NCBI GenBank assembly: GCA_902607215.1
Contig: CACLJJ010000001.1
Location: forward strand, 1-55,110
Reading direction: 5' to 3'
Origin: an uncultured Pelagibacteraceae bacterium
GTDB taxonomy: Bacteria > Pseudomonadota > Alphaproteobacteria > Pelagibacterales > Pelagibacteraceae
Length of the DNA: 55,110 bases
Shown: positions 1 through 10,013 of the stretch, piece after piece
Layout: the number at the start of each line of letters is the position of its first letter
Position numbering within the stretch: position 1 is the stretch's first letter
The notes under the pieces: generated by a model
Seen by the model: only the letters and a program-made list of their open reading frames with translations
Database searches by the model: none
What the model was told of the DNA's origin: nothing
Made by a program: the position numbers and the translations under genes

Positions 1-294
1 ACAATATTCAATATCTGTGCCACTTACTGAAACTGAAAAACTCATATTGCTTTTTTCTATATCAATTTTGTTTTCTTTAAAAAAATTAATTAAATATGGA
101 TAAGTTTGATGATTAAAAACAATAAAGCCGATGTCTACAGATATACTTTTACCTTTTTCATATTCAACATCAATGGTGTATGAATGTCCTCCAAAATGAT
201 CATCTTTTTCAAACAAATCTACTTTATGTTTTTTGGATAAAAAATAAGCTGCACTTAATCCTGAAATTCCTGATCCGATTACAGCAATTTTCAT
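1..294 (-). CDS. FAD-dependent oxidoreductase (amine-oxidase/COG2907-like), N-terminal part; runs off the window
   Basis: Not in the ORF track. Manual translation from ATG 294 gives MKIAVIGSGISGLSAAYFLSKKHKVDLFEKDDHFGGHS...VDIGFIVFN, with a GxGxxG Rossmann motif; frame stays open to base 1. Confidence 0.85.
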   Translation of the reverse strand, partial: MKIAVIGSGISGLSAAYFLSKKHKVDLFEKDDHFGGHSYTIDVEYEKGKSISVDIGFIVFNHQTYPYLINFFKENKIDIEKSNMSFSVSVSGTDIEYC

Positions 295-300
295 TAATAT

Positions 301-1170
301 TTATGCTGCATCTTCTTTTTTCAGCAATGTATAAAATTGTAAGAGCACCGCAAAAATTACAATGGAACCACCTGCTAGAACAACAAATGGTGGATTTTCA
401 TTTGCAAACAACCAAGCCCATAAAGGTCCAAGAACTGCCTCTGTTAACATAATAATTCCTACCATTGCTGAAGGCGTGGTTCTTGCGCCAACAGTTATTA
501 AAATAAAACCAAAACCGAGCTGAAAAAAACCAGCAAGAAAACCTAAAAAAATATCGTGAGTTGAAATACTTATTTTACCAGCAACAAAATAACCTATAAT
601 CATTGCAATAATTCCAGCTATTAGTTGAAGTGGTACCATATCAACGTTTGGATATTTTCTAATTATCAATATTAAAATTGCGAATGAAACTGGCATTATA
701 AAAGCTGCTATGTTTCCAGACATTTGACCAGAAGTTAAAGATGAGCCAACCATCAAAATAATTCCTGATATTGCCAAAATTATTGATGTTAAAGTTATCT
801 TAGATATTTTTTCTTTTAAAAAAAAATAACCAAATATTGCTAAAAATATTGTTTGAGTCTGAATTATAAAATTAGTATTTGCGACAGTCGTGTTATACAT
901 TGCAAATACATATCCACAAAAACCCGAAGATAAAATAATTCCACCAAAAAGACCTGGAAAACCTGATTTTTTGAAAGCTGTAAAAATATTTTTTTTATAA
1001 GTAACTAGAAGAAAAATAAAAACAATAATTATAAAAAATAAAGATCTCCAAAAAAGTATTTGCCAGAGAGTTGCTCCTTCAAATGACTTAACTATTAATC
1101 CTCCAAAACTTAGGCTAAATGCACCAAAAAAAACTAGTAGTGGACCGGGTAATTTTAAAATTATATTCAT
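301..1170 (-). CDS. DMT/EamA family transporter
   Basis: 289 aa, about 10 hydrophobic helices in two repeats (FFLKEKI, EAVLGPLWAWLFANE); 4-bp overlap with pxpC. Confidence 0.85.
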   Translation of the reverse strand: MNIILKLPGPLLVFFGAFSLSFGGLIVKSFEGATLWQILFWRSLFFIIIVFIFLLVTYKKNIFTAFKKSGFPGLFGGIILSSGFCGYVFAMYNTTVANTNFIIQTQTIFLAIFGYFFLKEKISKITLTSIILAISGIILMVGSSLTSGQMSGNIAAFIMPVSFAILILIIRKYPNVDMVPLQLIAGIIAMIIGYFVAGKISISTHDIFLGFLAGFFQLGFGFILITVGARTTPSAMVGIIMLTEAVLGPLWAWLFANENPPFVVLAGGSIVIFAVLLQFYTLLKKEDAA

Positions 1171-2117
1171 TGAACTTGATTTAATAATTTATCTGTTTCC
1201 ATTTTATAAAATTTATAAAGTTTTTCTGCTTCTTTAAGTTCTATTAATTTAAATTTAATTTTTGTATTTGGTGCTGATTGAACAAGTTTATCATAATCAG
1301 CACTTATAACTACTCCAATCTTCGGATATCCTCCTATTGTTCCATGATCTGATAACATGATGATCGGATCACCGTCTGCTGGTACTTGAATAACTCCTTT
1401 TATTAATCCTTCTGATCTTATGTTGGTTTCTTTATTGTTTTCAAGTTTCGGACCTTTAAGTCTCATACCCATTCTATCGGTTAACTTACTAATTTCGAAC
1501 TCTTCGTTTAAAAATTTTACAATAGAATTTTTTGAAAAGTAATCAAAATTTGTGCCTTTTAAAATTCTTATAAACTCTATTTTGGAATTGATAAAATTTA
1601 ATTTTTTACTAACATATTTTTTTTCAATATTGTTAATATTTATTTTATCTCCTTTGGAAATTTTATTTCCATTATTTGCACCTACTCCTGCTCTTACTGT
1701 TGTCGAACAACTATTCCAATACTTTTCAAGTTTAAAACCACCGCTTACCGACAAATATCCATAAACAGACTTATTAGTTGAAATTATATCAAGCTCATCA
1801 TTTTTTTCTAATGTATAAGTCTTATAACATTCTCCATCAACAATGTTTGAAGACGCTTTTTTAATTCTAAAATTGACATCACCAGTTATAGCAAAATTTA
1901 TTTTACCATTTTCAACTTTTAATAATGGCCCTTGAAATGCAAATTCTAAAACTGCAGTGTTATTTTGATTTCCTACTAAATTATTTGAAATTAAATAATT
2001 TCTTTTGTCCATGGCTCCACTAAACGGTAAGCCTATATGGTAAAGATATTTTCTACCTAAATCTTGAAATGTGGAATTTATTCCAGCTCTTAAGGTCTTA
2101 AAAAAACTACTTGTCAT
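1167..2117 (-). CDS. pxpC: 5-oxoprolinase subunit C (AHS2/KipA family)
   Basis: QDLGR, SGAMD, DRMGMRL, GVIQVPADGDPII and TIGGYPKIG motifs; adjacent to pxpB and pxpA. Confidence 0.9.
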   Translation of the reverse strand: MTSSFFKTLRAGINSTFQDLGRKYLYHIGLPFSGAMDKRNYLISNNLVGNQNNTAVLEFAFQGPLLKVENGKINFAITGDVNFRIKKASSNIVDGECYKTYTLEKNDELDIISTNKSVYGYLSVSGGFKLEKYWNSCSTTVRAGVGANNGNKISKGDKININNIEKKYVSKKLNFINSKIEFIRILKGTNFDYFSKNSIVKFLNEEFEISKLTDRMGMRLKGPKLENNKETNIRSEGLIKGVIQVPADGDPIIMLSDHGTIGGYPKIGVVISADYDKLVQSAPNTKIKFKLIELKEAEKLYKFYKMETDKLLNQVQ

Positions 2118-2784
2118 TCCAATTTAAATATTCTTTTTTTGAAATTTGATAAAATAAAACTTTGTCTCCAGGATTTATTAAAGTTGGTTCTTTTTTTTTA
2201 AACTTATCGAAAACTTTAATTGGAGTATTTCCAATGATATTCCATCCACCTGGACTCTCAAATGTATATATATTACAAAATTGTTCAGTTATACCGACTG
2301 ATCCCATTGGAACTTTTACTCTAGGAGTTTCGAGTCTGTTTAATCTCAACTTTTTGTCTATATCTCCTAAAAACGGCATTCCGGCAATAAAGCCTGTCAT
2401 ATAACAAAAATACTCTTTATTTAAATAATTATTAAGAACTTCATCTTTCGAAAGTTTCAACTTTTTATTAAGTCTTTCCATGTCCAAAGCAAATTCTTCA
2501 TCACAACAAACTGGAATCTTTATCAATTTTTGATCATCATCAAATGAGCTCAAAATTTTTATATTTTGAATTTCATTTTTTAAATTAGTATAATCGGTTA
2601 AATCTAAATCAAAGGAAACAATAAGTTTGTTATATGAAGGAGTTACATTTGTAATTCCTTTAATATTTTTTTTTTGTATACTTTTAAAATATTTAATTAC
2701 ATTAGCATTAATTTCTTGGTTTACTTCGTTACCAAAATCACAATATATTGCCGCGTCACCAAGATTAGATATATTTTTAATCAT
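2107..2784 (-). CDS. pxpB: 5-oxoprolinase subunit B (AHS1/KipI family)
   Basis: LGDAA, PSYN, GFIAGMPFLG, PRVKVPMGSVG and SPGGWNIIG motifs. Confidence 0.9.
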   Translation of the reverse strand: MIKNISNLGDAAIYCDFGNEVNQEINANVIKYFKSIQKKNIKGITNVTPSYNKLIVSFDLDLTDYTNLKNEIQNIKILSSFDDDQKLIKIPVCCDEEFALDMERLNKKLKLSKDEVLNNYLNKEYFCYMTGFIAGMPFLGDIDKKLRLNRLETPRVKVPMGSVGITEQFCNIYTFESPGGWNIIGNTPIKVFDKFKKKEPTLINPGDKVLFYQISKKEYLNWNDK

Positions 2785-2788
2785 GCCA

Positions 2789-2797
2789 TGTTATACT
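2789..2797 (+). promoter_or_regulatory. Putative extended -10 element (TGtTATACT) for pxpA
   Basis: TG-n-TATACT ends 6 nt before ATG 2804, inside a 19-bp divergent gap. Confidence 0.5.
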
Positions 2798-2803
2798 TTA
2801 AGT

Positions 2804-3586
2804 ATGAGCAGTATGGAAATTAATATTAATTGTGATTTAGGAGAAAAATCCAAACATCACTCTACTAAGCATGACCCAGATTTACTTGGTATAGTAAATT
2901 CTGCCAACATTGCATGCGGCTATCATGCTGGTGATGAAGAAACTATGAACAATACAATTTTAATCTCAAAAAAAAATAGTGTAAGCATAGGAGCGCATCC
3001 ATCGTTTAATGATCCAGAAAATTTTGGTAGAAAACGTATAAACCTTAACGAAAAAGAAATAATAAAATTAATAATAGATCAATATGAAATTCTTCAAAAA
3101 ATAGCTGAAAAACATAATGAAAAAGTTACTCATATTAAACCTCATGGAGCTCTAAACAATATGGCATGTGAAGATATTAATTTAGCAATTACACTCGCTA
3201 AAGCAATAAATGAGATAAATAGAGATTTAATTTATTTAGTTCCAACAGGTTCAAAAATGGAAGTAGCCGCAAAAAAATTAAATATGAAAATAGCATGCGA
3301 AATATTTGCTGATAGAAATTATGAGGATGATGGAAATTTAGTATCAAGATCAAAACCAAATGCTTTGATAACAGATCCTGAGGAGGCAAAAAAACACGTA
3401 TTAAGCATGGTCAAAAACCAAGCTTTAAATTGTTTTTCTGGAAAAAAAATTCCCTGCAAAATAGACTCTGTTTGCATACATGGAGATAATCAAAGTTCTC
3501 TTTCAACAGCAAAATCAATTAGAGATAATTTAATTGAAAATAATTTACAGCTAAAATCTTTAAATAAACTTAAAAAATTTAATTAA
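2804..3586 (+). CDS. pxpA: 5-oxoprolinase subunit A (LamB/YcsF family)
   Basis: INCDLGE, SANIACGYHAGD, GAHPS, HIKPHGALNN, EIFADR and CIHGD motifs. Start moved from 2627 (which overlaps pxpB) to ATG 2804 or 2813. Confidence 0.92.
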   Translation: MSSMEININCDLGEKSKHHSTKHDPDLLGIVNSANIACGYHAGDEETMNNTILISKKNSVSIGAHPSFNDPENFGRKRINLNEKEIIKLIIDQYEILQKIAEKHNEKVTHIKPHGALNNMACEDINLAITLAKAINEINRDLIYLVPTGSKMEVAAKKLNMKIACEIFADRNYEDDGNLVSRSKPNALITDPEEAKKHVLSMVKNQALNCFSGKKIPCKIDSVCIHGDNQSSLSTAKSIRDNLIENNLQLKSLNKLKKFN

Positions 3587-4083
3587 TGATAAAAAAAAAT
3601 TTAATAATTATATTTTTTGCTTTTTTTATAACTGCCGCTTACTCTGCCTCTACATCGTCAGGTTCTGGTGAGGCTGAAGGAAATGATGGTCCTCCTCCTG
3701 CTAAAAATTATACATTAGGCTATAAAGAATTAAAAAGAGCAGAAAAATTAGATAAAAAAGGAAAAATTGAAAAAGCAAAACTTAAGTATAAAAAAGCTTT
3801 AAAATTTCTTTTAGAGGCTAATGCTGAAAATCCAGGAAATCCTGATACTTTATATTATCTTGGTTTTACATCTGCGAAACTTGAAAAGTATGATAATGCA
3901 GAAATATATTATCTTTTAGCTTTAGAAATGGAACCCAATCATATTGATGTTTATAAATATTTGGTGCAGCTTTATCTAGCTACCGATAGAAAAGCTAAAG
4001 CTATAGAAAAACTAAAAATTTTTAAAAGTTGCAATTGCGAAGAGTATGATGAGCTAAAAGAATTAATTGAAAAAAAAGGATAA
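3586..4083 (+). CDS. Exported tetratricopeptide-repeat protein
   Basis: Signal peptide, low-complexity linker, TPR-like helices (PDTLYYLG, ALEMEPNH), C-terminal CxC; 1-bp overlap with the pxpA stop. Confidence 0.75.
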   Translation: MIKKNLIIIFFAFFITAAYSASTSSGSGEAEGNDGPPPAKNYTLGYKELKRAEKLDKKGKIEKAKLKYKKALKFLLEANAENPGNPDTLYYLGFTSAKLEKYDNAEIYYLLALEMEPNHIDVYKYLVQLYLATDRKAKAIEKLKIFKSCNCEEYDELKELIEKKG

Positions 4084-4091
4084 TCTAAATA

Positions 4092-5402
4092 TTATTTTAA
4101 ATTCTGAACCATCTGATTAGGCAGCCACAAAGCTATTTCTGGAAAAATAATTATTATAAATGTAGCGAGTACCATTAATAAAAAAAGAGGAAAAGCACTT
4201 CTTGCAATATAGCCCATATCTTTATTGGCCATTCCTTGTAGGACAAATAGATTAAATCCAACGGGAGGTGTAATTTGAGCCATCTCAACAACTACAACCA
4301 AAAAAATACCAAACCAAATCATATCAAAGCCAGCTTGTCTTATCATTGGTTCTATTATTGCCATTGTTAAAACCACGGCTGAAATTCCATCTAAAAACAT
4401 TCCTAGAATGATATAAAAAATCATTAATACTATAATTAGAAGATAGGGTGAAAGATCCATACTTTGTATCCATATTGCTAAATTTCTAGGAAGCCCTGTG
4501 AAACCCATTGCAAGAGATAAAAAACTTGATCCAGCTAAAATAAACGCAATCATGCAGGATGTTTTTGTGGCACCCAATAATGATCTTTTAAAAGTTTCTA
4601 AATTTAAACTTTTTTGTAAATAAGATAGTATTAAAGCGCCTACTACCCCTAGTGATGCCGCCTCTGTTGCTGTAGCAATACCAGCATATATTGATCCAAT
4701 TACAGCTAATATTAGTAATATTACAGGAAGAAGTTTTTTAGATCTTTTAATTTTTTCAAAAAAGGAAAGATTTTCAAAAGATTTTGGCATTATTTTTTTA
4801 TTAATTAACGACCAAACGATCACATAAAACATAAATATTATAGCAATCATTATGCCAGGTATAATTCCAGCAATAAATAGTTTTGCTATGGACTCTTGAA
4901 CAGTCACACCATAGATAATCAAAATTATAGATGGGGGAATTAATAATCCTAAAGTTCCGGATCCAGCTAAACTTCCAAGTAATATTTTTTCAGGATATTT
5001 TCTTTTTCTTAGTTCGGGAATTGACATTTTTCCAACTGTTGCAACTGTTGCTGCTGATGAACCTGATATTGCAGCAAATAATGCACACCCAACAATATTA
5101 ACATGAATTAAACCTCCAGGTAGTTTTTGCATCCATGGTGATAGGCCTTCAAATAAATTTTTTGATAATTTTGTCCTAAACAGTATTTCACCCATCCATA
5201 CAAATAATGGTAAGGCTGTTAGTGTCCATGAGGAGCTCGTTCCCCATATTGTAGTTGCCATTGCATCACCAACAGGTCTTGATGTAAATATTAACATTCC
5301 AATTGAAGAAACTCCAATCATGCTAATTGCAACCCAAACTCCCGATCCAAGAAAAAATAATAAAATTGATATAAAAAAAATTGTTAAAAATAATTCTGGC
5401 AT
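4092..5402 (-). CDS. TRAP transporter large permease (DctM family)
   Basis: 436 aa membrane protein with ALPLF, FAAISGSSAAT, GTLGLLIPPS and ITPPVGFNLFV motifs. Confidence 0.93.
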   Translation of the reverse strand: MPELFLTIFFISILLFFLGSGVWVAISMIGVSSIGMLIFTSRPVGDAMATTIWGTSSSWTLTALPLFVWMGEILFRTKLSKNLFEGLSPWMQKLPGGLIHVNIVGCALFAAISGSSAATVATVGKMSIPELRKRKYPEKILLGSLAGSGTLGLLIPPSIILIIYGVTVQESIAKLFIAGIIPGIMIAIIFMFYVIVWSLINKKIMPKSFENLSFFEKIKRSKKLLPVILLILAVIGSIYAGIATATEAASLGVVGALILSYLQKSLNLETFKRSLLGATKTSCMIAFILAGSSFLSLAMGFTGLPRNLAIWIQSMDLSPYLLIIVLMIFYIILGMFLDGISAVVLTMAIIEPMIRQAGFDMIWFGIFLVVVVEMAQITPPVGFNLFVLQGMANKDMGYIARSAFPLFLLMVLATFIIIIFPEIALWLPNQMVQNLK

Positions 5403-5405
5403 GTT

Positions 5406-5897
5406 TTAAGTTTCATTTTTTTTTAATATAGATAAAATAAAATTGTGGAATACACAGATAAAAAATATTGTTGAACCAATTGCCACAGAAAGTTGGGGAA
5501 TCCATATTAATATTTCGTCTGCTCCTTCGCTTCTTTCTCCAAATTTAATCGAAATAATTAACATTTTGATAAAGTAATAAGATAAATAACCAGAAAAAAA
5601 TGTTGCTACAAACAGACACCAAAGCTCTAATATTCTTCTAATATTTTTTTTCGATCTTTCTAAAAACAAAGTAATTCTAATATGACCCTTTTCTCCAAAA
5701 GTATATGCAAGTGCTAAAAATGAAGAAGCTGCCATACTATAACCTGAATATTCTGCTAGTCCTCTAATATAAAAACCAAATATTCTCGAAGCTATTCCTG
5801 TCAAAATAAAAGTTGCAACTAAAATTAAAAAAAAGGCAGCAATGTACCCTGAAAACCTGTAAACAGTTTTTAAATAATTATCTATTTTACAAAGCAT
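5406..5897 (-). CDS. TRAP transporter small permease (DctQ family)
   Basis: 163 aa, four TM helices, GHIRIT motif, lies between dctP and dctM. Confidence 0.9.
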   Translation of the reverse strand: MLCKIDNYLKTVYRFSGYIAAFFLILVATFILTGIASRIFGFYIRGLAEYSGYSMAASSFLALAYTFGEKGHIRITLFLERSKKNIRRILELWCLFVATFFSGYLSYYFIKMLIISIKFGERSEGADEILIWIPQLSVAIGSTIFFICVFHNFILSILKKNET

Positions 5898-5933
5898 AAA
5901 AAAAGGCCGCTTAATTATACGGCCTTTTTTTTT
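5898..5933. terminator. Stem-loop between dctP and dctQ (partial terminator or mRNA-stability hairpin)
   Basis: AAAAAAA-GGCCG-loop-CGGCC-TTTTTTTTT; on the minus strand the U-tract ends right at the dctQ ATG. Confidence 0.7.
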
Positions 5934-5946
5934 AATTTAAATAAGT

Positions 5947-6936
5947 TTAGTAGTTGCTACTACCCTGAAAAGCTTTCAAAACATCATCTCCACGAGATCC
6001 AGCTCTATCAGCCCATTCTTTGGCCATAGTAGCTCCTACTTCTTCGAAATGTTTTTTTAAAGCAGAATTAACTTTTCCAACTTTCATACCTGCATCAGCA
6101 AGAGCTTTTTTATCTTCTTTATTTCCTCTTTTTGATAAATCCCAACCTTTTTTTTCTGCTTTAGCAGCTTCAGACATTACAAGTTTTTGTGTATCAGCAT
6201 CTAATTTATTCCAAGCATCTTTATTTACAATCACCATATTTTTAGGAAACCAAGCAGCAATATCATAAAAATATCCCACACCGTTTTCCCAAATTTTTTT
6301 GTTTTTTCCTGTTGTTGGTGACGTAATCATACTTTCAACAGCACCTGTAGAAAAAGCTTGGCTAATTTCAGCTGCTTCTATTTTTGTTGGTGCCATTCCA
6401 GTAAGCTCTGCTATTCTTATAGTTGCAGAGTTGTATGCTCTAAATTTTAAACCTTTAAGATCTTCAACACTGTTAATTTCTTTTTTACTATATAAACCTT
6501 GAGCAGGCCATGGTACTGCATATAAAAATACAAGTCCTTTGGCATCAAGACCTTTTACTATTTCAGCTTTTGAGGCTTTATAAAGTCTCATAGCTGCTCC
6601 ATAGTTTGTTGCCAAAAAAGGTTGAGAGTCAACTTCTAATAATGGATCTTCTTTTCCTAGAGCCGACATAAATCTTTCTCCAATTTGAGCTTGACCAGTT
6701 CTTACTGCTCTAAAGATTTCTCCACCTTTATAAAGTGAACCACCCGGGTGAGTAAAAATTGTTAATTTACCATTACTTTTAAGTGTAACATTTTTTGCAA
6801 ATTCAGTAGCATTTGCTGAATGAAAATTTCCAGCACCATATGCAAGTGCCATATCCCATTTTTCTACTGATGATGCTAAATTTGTATTTAGTAGCAAAGC
6901 AAAGAATATTACTAAAATTTTATTTATTAATTTCAT
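5947..6936 (-). CDS. TRAP substrate-binding protein (DctP family), likely pyroglutamate-binding subfamily
   Basis: Signal peptide; DLKGLKFR motif; GQAQIGE, PFLAT, WPAQG and AWFPKN recall Bordetella DctP6/DctP7; GGAGGA Shine-Dalgarno upstream. Confidence 0.88.
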   Translation of the reverse strand: MKLINKILVIFFALLLNTNLASSVEKWDMALAYGAGNFHSANATEFAKNVTLKSNGKLTIFTHPGGSLYKGGEIFRAVRTGQAQIGERFMSALGKEDPLLEVDSQPFLATNYGAAMRLYKASKAEIVKGLDAKGLVFLYAVPWPAQGLYSKKEINSVEDLKGLKFRAYNSATIRIAELTGMAPTKIEAAEISQAFSTGAVESMITSPTTGKNKKIWENGVGYFYDIAAWFPKNMVIVNKDAWNKLDADTQKLVMSEAAKAEKKGWDLSKRGNKEDKKALADAGMKVGKVNSALKKHFEEVGATMAKEWADRAGSRGDDVLKAFQGSSNY

Positions 6937-7055
6937 TATTCCTCCATTTATAATTGCCCTATTTCATTATGAAGATTAGTTAATTGCAATAGAAAAAATT
7001 TTATTTCACTACTTTCAATTGAATTATTGTAATAATTTAATAGAATAATATTAAA

Positions 7056-7667
7056 TTGATAGAACAGTACATTATATTCACGCAAGTTATCTTCATTGAT
7101 ATAATCATGGCTGCTGACAATGCAATAATCATTGGTCTTATAGCGGCAAATTTTGCCCCAAAACACAGAAAGCAAATAATCATGTATGGTGTTTTGGCTG
7201 CGTTTATTTTTAGATTTATTTTTGCTCTTTCAGCTACTTATATATTTGAATTTCCTTTTATTAAAATTATTGGTGGATTGCTGTTAGTTTGGATAGTTAA
7301 TGATCTAAGAAGAGATCTATTTGAAATAAAAAAAATAAAATCTCCTACTAAAGTTTCCAAAGAACCATCATATATTCAAAGTGTCTACAAAGTATTATTT
7401 GCTGATCTAACATTAAGTTTTGATAATGTAATAGGTGTCGTGGGTGCTGCCAGAGATCATTTTTATATAATGATATTTGGTCTACTGCTTTCGGTAATTT
7501 TAGTTGGAACTTTAGCAAGTTATTTTGCAAAAACTATTCAAAATCATAAGTGGATTGGATATGTTGGTTTAATTGTGATATTTATTGTTGCTCTACAGTT
7601 AATAATTGGAGGAATGGCAGATTTAGACATTGTCGAAGTAAATGTAAAATTTAAAAAATTTCTCTAA
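7056..7667 (+). CDS. TerC/YjbE family integral membrane protein
   Basis: IDIIMAADNAIII and ADLTLSFDNVIGV motifs; TTG start. Confidence 0.85.
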   Translation: MIEQYIIFTQVIFIDIIMAADNAIIIGLIAANFAPKHRKQIIMYGVLAAFIFRFIFALSATYIFEFPFIKIIGGLLLVWIVNDLRRDLFEIKKIKSPTKVSKEPSYIQSVYKVLFADLTLSFDNVIGVVGAARDHFYIMIFGLLLSVILVGTLASYFAKTIQNHKWIGYVGLIVIFIVALQLIIGGMADLDIVEVNVKFKKFL

Positions 7668-8440
7668 TATGAATATTTTTTTGTAGGAAATTTTTTTGAT
7701 AAAACTTCTTTTTTAAATTTTTTAACTCCCTGATTTACTACTTTTTTTAAATCTATAAATTTTTTAACAAATCTAATGTTGGTCTTGTTTAACCCTAGCA
7801 AATCATCAGTAACTAATACTTGTCCGTCGCAATAAACTGAAGATCCTATTCCAATAGTAGGTATTTTTATAGATCTAGTTATAAGTTTTGAAGTAGATGT
7901 TTGTACACACTCCAAAACAATTGCGAAAGCTCCAATGTTCTCTAAAAGTTTTGAATCTTTTAAAAGTTTTATTTTTTCTTTTTCTGTTTTTCCTTTAGAT
8001 TTAAATTTTCCTTTTACACTTTGCGGCAGTACACCTAAATGACCCATTACGGGTATTCTGTTATTTATTAAGTGTTGAATTATTTTTGCGATTTTTATTC
8101 CACCTTCAAGTTTTACTGCTTCACACTTGGTCTCTTTGATTATCTTTTTTGCATTACTTAAAGCTTCTTTTCTATTTCTATATGTTTGATATGGCATGTC
8201 TACTACCATTAAACTTTTTTTTATTCCCATTCTTACACTTCGCGAATGTTCTATCATATTTTTTAAGGATACTTTTCTTGTAGTATCATAGTTATATAAA
8301 ACTGATCCGAGTGAGTCTCCAACCAAAATAATATCTACGTACTTATCAATTTCTTCAGCAAAATTTTTAGAATAAGCTGTTAAACAAATAATTTTTGATT
8401 TATTTTTTTTTGATATAATTTTTTTTATTTTATTTAACAT
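7664..8440 (-). CDS. panB: 3-methyl-2-oxobutanoate hydroxymethyltransferase
   Basis: LTAY, LVGDSLG, VDMPY, AVKLEGG, GHLG and CDGQVLV motifs. Confidence 0.95.
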   Translation of the reverse strand: MLNKIKKIISKKNKSKIICLTAYSKNFAEEIDKYVDIILVGDSLGSVLYNYDTTRKVSLKNMIEHSRSVRMGIKKSLMVVDMPYQTYRNRKEALSNAKKIIKETKCEAVKLEGGIKIAKIIQHLINNRIPVMGHLGVLPQSVKGKFKSKGKTEKEKIKLLKDSKLLENIGAFAIVLECVQTSTSKLITRSIKIPTIGIGSSVYCDGQVLVTDDLLGLNKTNIRFVKKFIDLKKVVNQGVKKFKKEVLSKKFPTKKYSY

Positions 8441-8447
8441 TTTATTT

Positions 8448-10013
8448 TTATTCTAATTCTATAGTGCTTGGTGGTTTAGAAGTAATATCATAAACAACTC
8501 TATTTATGCCACTAACATTATTAATTATTTTATTAGATATGTTTTGTAAAATTTTTTTATCAAAATTAAAAAAATCTGCTGTCATTCCATCCTCAGATGT
8601 TATGGCTCTTAATAAACAAATGTATTCATATGTTCTGTTATCACCCATAACACCAACAGTTTTGATGGGCAACAATGCTGCATAAGCTTGCCAAATTTTA
8701 TCATACAAGCCATTTTTTTTTAACTCTTCAATAAAATAATTATCAGCTTCTTTCAGTATATTTATTTTTTCTTGGTTTATAATTCCTGGAATTCTTATAG
8801 CTAATCCTGGACCTGGAAAAGGATGGCGTAAAATTATTTCTTTTGATAACTTTAATTCTAAACCGAGTTTTCTAACTTCATCTTTAAATAAAAACTTGAG
8901 TGGTTCAATTAATTTTAAATTCATTTTTTTTGGTAAGCCACCTACATTATGATGTGATTTAATTTTTGATGTCTGGCTACCTGTAGCTGACTTACTTTCT
9001 ATTAAATCAGGATATAGTGTTCCCTGAGCTAGATATTTAACATTTTTAATTTTTTTTGCGTATTTTTCAAAAATTTTAATAAACAAGTTGCCAATAATTT
9101 TTCTTTTTTCTTCTGGATTATCTACATTTTTTAATTTTCTAATAAACTGATTAGCAGCATTAACATAAATTAAATTAATTTTTAGTTTCTTTTTAAAGGT
9201 ATTGATAACTTGCTTTTCTTCGTTTTTTCTTAAAAGTCCTGTATTAACAAAAATACAAGTTAAATTTTTTCCAATAGATTTATTTAATAATTGTGCAACT
9301 ACACTACTGTCTACACCTCCAGATAGTGCACAAATTACTTTATTATTTCCAACTTGATTTTTAAGGTCTTGAGTTATTTTAACTCTTTGTTTTTTTGATG
9401 ACCAATTTTTTTTAGTTTTGCAAATTGAAAATAAAAAGTTTTTTAATAAAACTTTCCCCTTATCAGTATGTGTAACTTCAGGGTGAAATTGTACACCATA
9501 AAATTTTTTATTTATATTCTCAATAATTGTAAATTTTGAATTCTTGCTTGAACCAATAAGTTTGAAATTTTTTGGTAACCTTGATACATGATCAGCATGA
9601 CTCATCCATACATTGCTAGAGTTACTTCTGTTGAAAAAATTTTTAACTAATAAACTTTTTTTCTTTCTTTTAACCGCTGTTAAACCAAATTCTCTGTATT
9701 TAGAATTTTTAATTTTACCGCCCATTTCCTTAGCAATAATTTGATGACCAAAGCAAATACCAAGGATTGGTATGTCTAACTTGAAGATTTTTTTATTTAT
9801 TTTTACCTTGTTGCTTTGATAAACATTTAAAGGTCCACCTGATAAAATGATTCCAATACAATCTGCTTTATCAAATTTAAATTTTAAAGCAATCTTATGA
9901 TTTATTATCTCGGAAAAAACCCCTAGTTCTCTTACTCGTCTTGCAATCAATTGTGTGAACTGAGAACCAAAATCAATAATTAAAATTTTTTTCAAATTAT
10001 TGCTAAGATTCAT
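8448..10013 (-). CDS. guaA: GMP synthase (glutamine-hydrolysing)
   Basis: [41 protein letters not shown] and SKPPSTIE motifs. Confidence 0.97.
   Translation of the reverse strand: MNLSNNLKKILIIDFGSQFTQLIARRVRELGVFSEIINHKIALKFKFDKADCIGIILSGGPLNVYQSNKVKINKKIFKLDIPILGICFGHQIIAKEMGGKIKNSKYREFGLTAVKRKKKSLLVKNFFNRSNSSNVWMSHADHVSRLPKNFKLIGSSKNSKFTIIENINKKFYGVQFHPEVTHTDKGKVLLKNFLFSICKTKKNWSSKKQRVKITQDLKNQVGNNKVICALSGGVDSSVVAQLLNKSIGKNLTCIFVNTGLLRKNEEKQVINTFKKKLKINLIYVNAANQFIRKLKNVDNPEEKRKIIGNLFIKIFEKYAKKIKNVKYLAQGTLYPDLIESKSATGSQTSKIKSHHNVGGLPKKMNLKLIEPLKFLFKDEVRKLGLELKLSKEIILRHPFPGPGLAIRIPGIINQEKINILKEADNYFIEELKKNGLYDKIWQAYAALLPIKTVGVMGDNRTYEYICLLRAITSEDGMTADFFNFDKKILQNISNKIINNVSGINRVVYDITSKPPSTIELE

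Noticed and set aside
2627-2803. N-terminal extension of pxpA in the ORF track; similar extensions on prpE, ispB, aroC, dxs and xseB
   Set aside because: Extensions overlap neighbouring genes or promoters; family homology begins at the downstream ATG.
6948-7175. 75-aa minus-strand ORF upstream of dctP
   Set aside because: Half of it is antisense to the TerC-family gene and the rest is AT-rich promoter DNA; no coding signature.
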